In this document: positions 1 to 64,000 of the stretch, in pieces
Layout of the letters: each line of letters begins with the position of its first letter
Numbering within the stretch: position 1 is the stretch's first letter
DNA from: Tubiluchus corallicola
Taxonomy: Eukaryota > Animalia > Priapulida
Direction of reading: 5' to 3'
DNA: 64,000 bases
Assembly: GCA_030141605.1 (NCBI GenBank)
Contig: JAQGDQ010000132.1
Location: 317,797-381,796 of the forward strand
The notes under the pieces: model-generated
Databases searched by the model: none
Told to the model about the DNA's origin: nothing
The model's input: only the letters and a program-made list of their open reading frames with translations
Translations under genes and position numbers: made by a program

Positions 1-1208
1 GCAATTTTATGCATATATCGTATTCGCGTTGAAAGGAATTTTTGTTTGTTTTCATTTTAAATCTCCCGCAATACTGTTCCGATGGCGCCATTACATGACG
101 TCACTACGCAAACATAAATCAGGTGAAGAAAAAGTAACGTTAATCTACGTCCCCTATATTACTTAGTATTTCGCTTATCTGCTGGAAAGATTTGTGTAAC
201 TAGAAATAATAATTTAAAATGTTCGTGCCAACTGATAAAATGTTGTTGGCTCACCTCGCAGGGTGCGCCACTCACTAGCCAGAAACGCATTTTTAATCTT
301 ATTGACATGGTACAGGAATTTAAAATTTTACTTAATTACAACATGTTTGCTACGAATTCTCTGATTATTTTTTCAAACTTTACTTAATGTTATCTAAACT
401 TGTTTCAAACGACCTACCATTAAAATGGCTGCGCCTAACGGTTATCGCGGGAGATTAAATTTACAAGTTTTATACAGCGTTACTGCGGACGCCAGCCCTG
501 CATGTAAAAAGGCAGTAAGTGGCATAAAATTTCAAGACGAGTTTTTTAATCTTCATGTTAGTGGAGGGTTTTCTTTAAGCTTACTGAATTTATCGTCGCT
601 GCAACTAGATACTAGAACTGGATGAAAATGTAATATGACCTAGCAAACCAATAATCAATGTGGCTGACTGGGTCAACTAGATCGGCAGCATAATAAACAT
701 GCATTGTTAATCTGGTTCTTTTGGAACCCCAGTAATAATAACTTTCAACGTTTTTGGCCAACCTTCAGACAAGTGCAGCTGTGCATCTGTCGCTGTTCAG
801 TTCCCATAGCTTGATCATTAGAATATCGATCTATTGGTGTATATATCATATCTTTCAGTGTTATTGAAAGTGAAAAGTAAGCTGATTCTTCTAAAAAACA
901 AAACCATAATTCTTTGCTGTTTACAATTATTCACAATTACAGCGATTTGATGTCAAATAAATATGTCAGTCAGTCAGTCAGGCAGGCAGGCAGGCAGGCG
1001 AGTAGGCAAGTAGCAGTCAGTTAACCAGCAATGCAACTAACCAAGCAACAAATCACTCAATAAATGAGTCAAGCAACCAAACAACTAACTAACCAACCAA
1101 CCATGGAATCCTGGGAGACTAATACTTTATATCTGCGATACTTCACGTAATTATATTGCTCTGATATCAAAAAATGTTTATGTTAAATTATAAATTATGT
1201 CATTGCAG

Positions 1209-7411
<6,203 letters not shown>

Positions 7412-7639
7412 TTACCTGGTGCAGCAAGAGAAACCTGAACACCTGTGTCAGTGTCACTTGACAAGATGCGAAACCAGTGCCGCCAATCAGCGGTTATTTG
7501 TCACAAACAGAAACCTCTGAGCGATTGAGAACAGAAATAGAAAACAATAGATAAGAATCCTAAACGAAGACAGCGTCGTCTTATTCGTTTGAGGCTTTGT
7601 ATCAGGGATGTATTACTAATTATTTATAAGCTTAGTATT

Positions 7640-7860
7640 AATGTTATTATTAATGATGGCACAAACCAACAATCTTGGTATAAATGTTATTATTAATGAT
7701 GGCATAAACCCACAATTACAATTAAATTTTAAAGCCAAACTTGGAGAACAGGAAATCAGAAAAAGTTTAAATGCGCCCGGATTTGAACCGGGGAACTTCT
7801 GCTTAAAGTACAGACGTCACAAACCACTAGGCTATCGTGTTTTCCAGCTGAAACCAAACA
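7640..7860 (-). mobile_element. tRNA-like repeat, same family as 34331-34626, in the presumed transporter 3' UTR
   Basis: Minus strand carries TAGCCTAGTGG (A-box) and GGTTCAAATCC (B-box). Shares the ATGGCA(C/T)AAAC...AAGCCAAACT end with the 34331 copy. Confidence 0.55.
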
Positions 7861-8719
7861 CTTCCCAGGGCTTGTCTTGAACGTGAAAGAGATCTCATAT
7901 AGTTACAGTGCTTAATAGCTCATAATTTCAACACTAGATGGTGTCATTAAACATATGCACAGCACACTGGCAGCCTACGTATTTAGATGTTAAACATTGT
8001 TTATACATATTTAAAACACTGATACACTCATCATTTAGGTTAGCATATGTTTCTACTTTTCTCATTTTAAGTGAGATTTCCATCAATTACCATTATTTTA
8101 GGAAATGTTGGTTGGTGCTTATAAGTGTACATTTACTGTTGTGAAACTTTAGCTGTTCTATATATGTATTGTGAATGTTTAGAGTACAAAATAGTTTAAT
8201 GTTAGCCCAATATTCGCTTCACACTGTCACATTTATGAGGCGTTATTGTCCGTGGACGTGCTTAGCCTATAATATACACTAATATTCTTGCGTTCAAACA
8301 CAGATTTTGAAAAGAATTATTATACATGTATCATTTAAGTCATTTTATTCTGTTAGCTATAGGTGAGTGCATAAAATTAGCGTGTATGCTAAAATACTAA
8401 ATAGTAAATCAGAATTTTGCTGATATTAATTTGTAAGTATTAAACAACTATTGTCAGTTGAAGTAAGATGTCATTTATAATTTGTCTTGTAGAGATGAAT
8501 GTGAAAATTGATCTAGTTTTAGGTAGACATTTAAAGAGAGAATAACCATGTATGTTTATAATTGCGTATATTCGGTTAATCTATTGTTATGAGTTAAAGT
8601 GAGCATAAATAAGCTTTAATTGCCTAATCTGTCTAATGAGCTATATAATCTCTATTGCATAGTTATAGAATGAGAAATATAATGTGTACTATATGTCTAT
8701 GTATAACTTACAGCGTGTC

Positions 8720-8857
8720 CAGACTAGAGAGTTTTCACTCGAGAGTTTTTCGGCGAGTTATTGCGAACTCTCCGAGAGTTGCTGAGAGTGTTTCTCGCAA
8801 GTTTCTTGCAGAACTCTGTTCATTGCGAGAACTCTCGAGAGAAAACTCTCTAGTCTG
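8720..8857. mobile_element. Hairpin-forming MITE-like inverted repeat
   Basis: CAGACTAGAGAGTTTTCACTCGAGAGTT (8720-8747) matches the reverse complement of 8830-8857 at 27 of 28 positions. The interior is built from GAGAGTT/AACTCTC subrepeats. Confidence 0.7.
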
Positions 8858-10009
8858 AACGTGTGGCAAAAATTTTTTATCATTATCATTTGATAATGCC
8901 CTTAGAGTAATGCTGTCACATTTAAAAAAGTCGTGCAACTTAGTGTATTTTTAATATTTATAGTGCAAAAACCGTTTCAGTGAAAATGATATAGCGCCAT
9001 GTTGTGTATTTCCAGTGCTGGATTTAATGGATTAATTAAAGCCCTAGGTCTCTTAGTTTAACGAAAAATAACCACTAAAGAACGTTCTAGTTAGTATTAA
9101 ACAAATATTCTTGTCCTACGCGTCTTATATTGTTGTACCTACACATGCTGTACAGTGTATATAGATATATATACAAATGAAGTATACGTTAGCAATAAAA
9201 ATATTAGTTCTAGTCATTAAAACTACGAGTTGTATATCATTCGATATTATTTAAATTCTAATAAGTTTTAGACTCTAATAAGTTTTATAGTTTTGGTACC
9301 TAATAGTAAAATAAATAAATATATGGAGTTTCTAGATAAATAAGTAAGCAAACAAAGCAACGAATCGAGTAAGTTAGCAAGCAACAAGCAACCAAGGAAA
9401 CAAGCGAGTAAGTGAATAAACAAAAACAAAACTGACATAATCAAACAAGCTAAGAAGAGAACGTAGCGGCACGGAAGAGGCACTTGGAAAGAGTCAGTGA
9501 GTGCTAGACAGGAAGAAAGAAAAAGAGAGAAAGGCGGTGGCAAAATGTCTTTGTTAGCGCGATATATGCATAATTAAAATAATAATATTACTATTGTTAT
9601 TATTAGCCTGAGTGGATACAGGAATAACTGAGTGCAAAATAAGCGACGCCAGGTGTGATTAGCAAATGGATAAGTGACTGAGTATTGCTTCTGAGCACTT
9701 CGTTAGCCATGCTACCTGCCGCTGTTTGTCTCTTACAGGAATGACTCTGACGACTCACTGCTTCTTCTTGCAGGAATAATCCAAAGCCAGATATTTAGCT
9801 AGAATCCGACATTAAGTAATAAGTACTCGGTGTGACCCCTGAATTCGGGCTTGCTGAGTACCTAAATGTATAAATGTTGCTGTATACAGAAACATTCTTT
9901 TTATTTCGCCAAATTGATATTCACTTTTCGCTTTCAAAATCTCATTCCACCTATTTCAGGCATTGAGGTATCAACATTCCACTCACTTCTATCTGCAGCT
10001 AACAGCGGA

Positions 10010-10470
10010 CGTTCTTCTACTCCTAAAGATAGATTTGGTTGAAGTTGTTGAACATCTCTATTTATCTTAGCTATCCAAGTTGTTTTACGTTTGCCAGGTG
10101 GTTTTTTTTTTGCAAGATTTTAAGGCTTTCTTTAGCGCGATTCTTACTGGTGCTTCATTTGGTTATCTTAGAAGATGTCCTAAAGATCTTAATCTTCGGA
10201 TTTTGACATGTGAACTCCAATAAATTTCTTTCGTTCTGGTGTATAAATCTTCACTCTTGATTATGTATGACAACCTTATCTTTAAAACTTTTCTAAGACT
10301 TTTATGAAATCTGCTTTTCTTGAGTAATCGTTAAACCCCAAGTTTCGCTGTTGTACAAAAATATGCTGGTAACGTAAGCATTAAAACATTAAATAATCGA
10401 AGTCTTACGTTAAGACTTAATTTCTTGCTAGTTAATAATACGTTTTTGTGCAGAAGAAAAGCATGCAATT
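10010..10470 (-). mobile_element. Degenerate RTE-like LINE 3' fragment
   Basis: Minus-strand translation RRLRSLGHLLR*PNEAPVRIAL...PPGKRKTTWIAKINRDV resembles the RRLRWLGH...RGRPKTTW C-terminus of RTE-clade ORF2. Confidence 0.6.
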
Positions 10471-10670
10471 GACATTAGCAACAATATATAATATCGTATA
10501 AGCTTGGTCACGTGACAAACTTTCGTTGATGAGCGATGACGCGATAAGCAATGACGTGTGCGTGCGTCTAAGCTTCTGAAGCTTGATAGCTGATGAGATT
10601 ACAAATGACTGTCTGCTTCTACTCACTTTGGGCTACCTAAACTCTTGTATTTGTCCCTTATAAAGGCAAA

Positions 10671-27634
<16,964 letters not shown>

Positions 27635-27985
27635 TCAACATGGTGACATAGACATTTGTATCTTATCTGCTAAGGCGGCAGTGTGGAATTATTATTATTT
27701 TCAATTATATTATTCAATTTTTTCATTGTAATACATTATACAATGTATGTAGATTACAAAAAGTGCAAACAGAAAAGGAAATGGGTGCAACTATTTGTAT
27801 TTGTATTTGTATTTATTCAACTCGACTGTATAGAAAAACATTACAGCAGAAATACAAATAACGAAATAATAAATATAATACAGAAGTAATTTGGTCAGGC
27901 TAAACCTTAGAAAGGGAGAAGACCACCGTCACCACTTACACTCACGACACTTACAGACATCCGCTTTAGTTGTTACGTTTAAAAT

Positions 27986-29165
27986 ACTATACTAATTAAG
28001 TTAGTTGTCTAAAGTGCTGTGGTGGACGTATTAACATTGGTAGCAACACGTTCCAAATGTTAATTAAACGGTTAGCAAAAAAATAATTGTTGGGTGTGGG
28101 CAACCATTCATAAACCGCCAGTGAAGGTAGTGAGAAACCAAAGCACCAACTCCTCATTCACATATACAGAGAAAAGTTGACATTTAAAAGCATATATCGC
28201 AGAAAGAAATTTTTAAAAGACAGCCAAGGAGTTTATTTTTAGCAAAAGGAGTCCTAAAACGTTTGCTGTTTACATTGCTGTAACTTTTTAATCACTAATG
28301 ATATCATTATTGTTGTCATTGCTATCGTCTGCTTCATTGTGGTCATTTATCATCATCGTCGTCGTCGTTGTCGTCATTTTAACCACCGTCGTCATTATCA
28401 TCGTCATCGTGATTTTAAACAATAATTATAGCTGCAAAGATGGTAAATAATAATGGACTCAAATATATTAGAAAAGTCTGTTGTGTTTATACATTTTTAA
28501 ATTTACAAAGGTAACAATGAAAAGAGTAAACAGTTGTGTGGAAGAAACAAAACGTGATAGAACGAGAAAAAATGTAGGACTATACTAATTAAGTTAGTTG
28601 TCTAAAGTGCTGTGGTGGACGTATTAACATTGGTAGCAACACGTTCCAAATGTTAATTAAACGGTTAGCAAAAAAATAATTGTTGGGTGTGGGCAACCAT
28701 TCATAAACCGCCAGTGAAGGTAGTGAGAAACCAAAGCACCAACTCCTCATTCACATATACAGAGAAAAGTTGACATTTAAAAGCATATATCGCAGAAAGA
28801 AATTTTTAAAAGACAGCCAAGGAGTTTATTTTTAGCAAAAGGAGTCCTAAAACGTTTGCTGTTTACATTGCTGTAACTTTTTAATCACTAATGATATCAT
28901 TATTGTTGTCATTGCTATCGTCTGCTTCATTGTGGTCATTTATCATCATCGTCGTCGTCGTTGTCGTCATTTTAACCACCGTCGTCATTATCATCGTCAT
29001 CGTGATTTTAAACAATAATTATAGCTGCAAAGATGGTAAATAATAATGGACTCAAAATATATTAGAAAAGTCTGTTGTGTTTATACATTTTTAAATTTAC
29101 AAAGGTAACAATGAAAAGAGTAAACAGTTGTGTGGAAGAAACAAAACGTGATAGAACGAGAAAAA
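27986..29165 (+). repeat. Near-perfect tandem direct duplication of about 586 bp
   Basis: 27986-28571 is repeated at 28579-29165 with a 7-bp spacer; by eye only a 1-nt indel (CTCAAAT vs CTCAAAAT). Confidence 0.9.
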
Positions 29166-31507
29166 CATATTTGGAAACATGAATTTGTCAACATTGTCAC
29201 CACGGTCTATTTGTTGTTTGCCAAAGCTGCGAGAAAAAATACATGACATTCTTAAAGTTAAAAAATTCTGGATGTCGACATATAACATACAACAATGGAA
29301 TGATTCAAAGTTGTTGGGCCAAGTATGTTAGCTGATTTTCGTACTTCAAAAGTGCTCAATTGTTTTTGTAAAATAGCAAAATTAGCTTCTATTACCATTC
29401 TCAACGTGTTGTTTTATATAACATGAAATTAGGATTACCATGATATGTGATTTTATTGACTATTGATCGTATATATAAATTCATTCAAAACTGATGACGT
29501 AATAAGATGTGACGCACTCAAGGTAGCGTGTATCTAAGTCACTGAGGAACATGATCTCTGGTAAACAAATTCATAATTCGCCGCTTCGTACATATTATGA
29601 TAAATAAAAATACTTTCCAACTGCTAAAAGGTAAACGGCTGGATTCTGTATGCGCATCCAGTAAAAACCAAGGTATGTATGATATAAAAATTATCTTAAT
29701 GTGAATCGTATATAAAATGTAGGATTTATGATGATTGCAACCACACACATTTTTATCAAATTTATATTTTATCAGTTGCTCGAAAAAATCTAGAGATTCA
29801 GAGTTCTGCCAGCAATCATCGTCCAAAATAAGTAATAATACAAAATTCTCTGCGTATTATTCGTCAGACACGTAATAATTGCTACATTTAAAAAGGTTCA
29901 CATCAGTATTGAAATTTCACAGCAGACTAGGTCCATTAAACGTATAACTGCAAAATTGTCGGACATAACAAACTTTAACAGGAAAGGAGAGGGAGAAGAT
30001 AAAAAGAAAGAGCTAGATAATAGCATACGACGGGTTGGCGTTAGTTGGTTTTAACTATGGACGTCGGTAGACAAGTGTTTTTTTTATTGGCCAATTTAAA
30101 CGATCTATTTAAAGCTTGAATCAGTCATCGATATGTAACATTTTTATGTCAGTAGTCACGATAGCAAAGCAACTACAGAACGTTACAAACAATAATGACA
30201 CTGTATGACAAACATACAAATTGCAGTCTGTGAGTCAGACATTTTTCATTGTCCTCTGATGAATATTTTTTGTGTTTGTTTGCTTCTCCCGCGTCACTTA
30301 TTTATCATCTAATTTTAGCAGAATAGCAGCATTCAAATAACAATAGAAAGCTACTTAACGACAATGATTATTTTATTTATTAGTTTTCAGTTGTTACCCC
30401 AATGAAATTTCTGTAATGAGCTAAGAGTTTGCATTTAAAATCTAATAGTGAGTAATAACAAAAACAGCTTCCTACTGTAATTTGATTGCCAGTGTATACA
30501 TTGCAGTTCTAATAATTCAAACATACATAATTCATATTTTTTCTGGTCTCTTATGTAAAAATTATACTAATGTAATAATTTATCATCCTTTACATTAGCT
30601 ATAGCGTAAATATAAGGAAAACGTTTTGGAGTCGTACACCTGATTTAAGGTACTTAGATTAGGACTCGGTTCAGACCACTCTACATATTCGGTGAATCAG
30701 AAATGTTTCTATATATGCCTACTCACAAAAAACTACTGGGACGACCAAATTTGCCAAAGTTGTTTTGCATTCATTTCCCAAATGTTATAAATGCTTGCTT
30801 TTTATAGTCTATGATTGTAATGTTCTTGATGCGCATTTCTATTTAATGGCTGTGAACAAAAGATAAAAAACATCTTATATAGCGCCCACAGCAGGGGTCG
30901 AATGACTGTGAGCCCAGTGTAAAGCCAAATAGAGACCTGTTACCTTCTTGCAATGGGTGTCTCGATTCCAGCTTTATGTCTATAAAGTAAATATGCACAT
31001 CAGAACAATAAAAAACGATGGCAGATACTAAACGAAACGTCAATGCAGAATATTGGTGAAAATCCCCAAGGTGGACACTTAATCAGATCTGACAGTTACA
31101 GTTAATTGTACCAAAAAGTAAGCACGTTACTGTAGGAAACAGAGGTTTTACCATTACTACACCCAATCTTTAACATCTACTGCCGAATTATCTGAAGACC
31201 ATTGACACAGTTTATAGTTGTGAGAGAGACTAATTTAAAAACTTATCAGTTTAAGAAAGCTTTTGACCTTTAAGAGTTGTGCATGTATTGTGATGTGTGT
31301 GTGTGTATGTTTCTATTTTTATGTTCCTTTGTAGTTTTGCAAACTGGATTTGTTCAGGACTGATCTGGACCTCTGCGTTGCAAACTAGTTGTTTCACCCC
31401 TGTCTACATTCTTTAGGTAATTCTACTGTAACAGTATTAGACCTGTAGTCATCCCGGCATCGAAATAATACCGAGAGAAACCTCAGTCCCAAAATCTGCA
31501 ATTCAGA

Positions 31508-44822
<13,315 letters not shown>

Positions 44823-45998
44823 TCCAAATGAATTTGTAGTTGATATGTAATTGGTATGGTTATTTTTGAAAGGAAAAGGTTTGATGTGATTAAAGATTAA
44901 TAGAAAATTCGTATTATTGATTGCGAAGAATATTAGAGTGTTTGGACAGTATTTATTGAAAAAGAGTCGGATAATTTAGACTTGTTTGTAAAAATAAAAA
45001 TGTGTAATGTTTGATAGTGTATAGTAAGTTATATTTGGTGAATAAATCCGAGAAGTTATGACGTTATCTCTGTACTTTTTAATAATTTTATACTTGGGTT
45101 GAAAATGCAACAACAGCGAGATTGGATCAAGATCTTCTGTGCAAAGCAGGAACACATTCGCTTGGTTCATTTGGATCACAAAATAATGTTAGGGATGGGC
45201 AACCTTTTCTGCCAAAGGTTTTGATTGTTTTGTTAGATAGTGATTACACGAAATCTACATGTGGAACTAGGTACATTCTTAGACTAGATATACTTGCTAC
45301 AAGAACTGGATTTAGTCCTCTTTGCGACTTGGTCTTGGTTTAGTAATATTCCGGACAGTGTCAACCAAGAGCTGATTTACAGGTGTACCAGAAATAAACC
45401 CTGATCAGCTTCAGGTATCAAGCATCTAGCGTCCACTCAGTTGGTGGCCTGTATCCAATACCCAATGACTCCGATGCTTTGGTATCTCGACAATAATCCT
45501 TAAAAATTTAAATGTCTTCAATTTTTGTCCTGCAACACCAGGTCTAAATTATGCCGTAGTATTACAACAAATTCATATTGGTGAACTAGCGGAATTTACG
45601 CAACTAAGAAGTTTCCTATTTAGTTTCGTTTTGCCATTAGCTGCAAACTACTAGTCTGGTGGCTTTAATTTGATTAGCTAATATCTACACTAGGGCTCAG
45701 CAAAAAGTTTAAAAACCAAATGGAAAAACATCATTATCTTCTATATTAATGATATTGAATTAAATAAACCAATATTAACCGAATTTTGTCTTGTTTGGAA
45801 GAAAGGAAATCTTTGAATATGCACATTAAATTACATCACATAAAAATTCTTGCTACATAGTATCAAAGATTTCTTAATATATACTACTTGGATATGTGCA
45901 TGAGAAGTTCGAAGTAAGAAGTAATTACTGATAAGAAGTAACTAAGAACAACAAAACAGCGTCGATAGATACGTTTTTTCTGTATATTTTTGTTGCAA

Positions 45999-46013
45999 GT
46001 AACCAATGGCAAC
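45999..46013. promoter_or_regulatory. Candidate RFX X-box upstream of paralogue 3
   Basis: GTAACCAATGGCAAC fits GTNRCC-N(0-3)-RGYAAC and lies about 95 bp before the predicted ATG. Short motif, could be chance. Confidence 0.3.
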
Positions 46014-46107
46014 GAACCCAAGGGCCTAGTTACATTTCCTAAGTTCTCCGGAAGGCGAGTACCGCTGAACAACTATACATCTTCTGCATTTCCTGGTTGT
46101 ACGAAAC

Positions 46108-63756
<17,649 letters not shown>

Positions 63757-64000
63757 GTAAGTTTGACTTGATGAGACTTTTGAGAGTTTCCAATGTGCAT
63801 CCACATTTTTGCTAAGCAATGTATTTTGGTCTTTTTTTACTACGATGAACTATGACTTTTTGGAATTAAACTTGCAACTGCATTTCGTCTTTTTTACTGT
63901 GATCAACTATGACTTAGGCCTACAACTGTTATTGCACTATTCAGACTGACAAATAACATTCTGGGCCAAAATTGGTTTCAGTTCACTATTCATTTTGATC

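Noticed and set aside
45050-45600. Possible CR1 fragment on the minus strand
   Set aside because: Only faint motif similarity; too degenerate to support without a profile search.

Overview
AT-rich, intron-containing eukaryotic DNA, most likely from an invertebrate animal; no prokaryotic features. It opens with the last seven coding exons of an SLC6 monoamine transporter, most like the serotonin transporter (1209-7411, +). A head-to-tail array of three paralogous BTB-BACK-Kelch genes follows (10671-27634, 31508-44822, 46108->63756, all +). I built their exon models by hand from GT-AG sites and codon phase, and all three stay in frame. The paralogues share Kelch exon structure, but each carries a different 400-650 aa low-complexity insert between BACK and Kelch: an RRxS array, a Lys/Glu/Ser-rich segment, or a 12-aa tandem repeat. 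Their CUL3-contact region looks degenerate. Paralogue 2 has a Cys-rich polybasic N-terminus, and paralogue 3 appears to run on into a second Kelch propeller (scruin-like). Introns hold an antisense CR1/L2-type LINE with an intact esterase ORF1, a 2A-like GIETNPGP motif and no RT. They also hold a degenerate RT-LINE, smaller LINE remnants, tRNA-derived SINEs, MITEs, a minisatellite and many microsatellites. A near-perfect 0.59-kb tandem duplication lies between paralogues 1 and 2. Family assignments come from motif recognition, not database searches.
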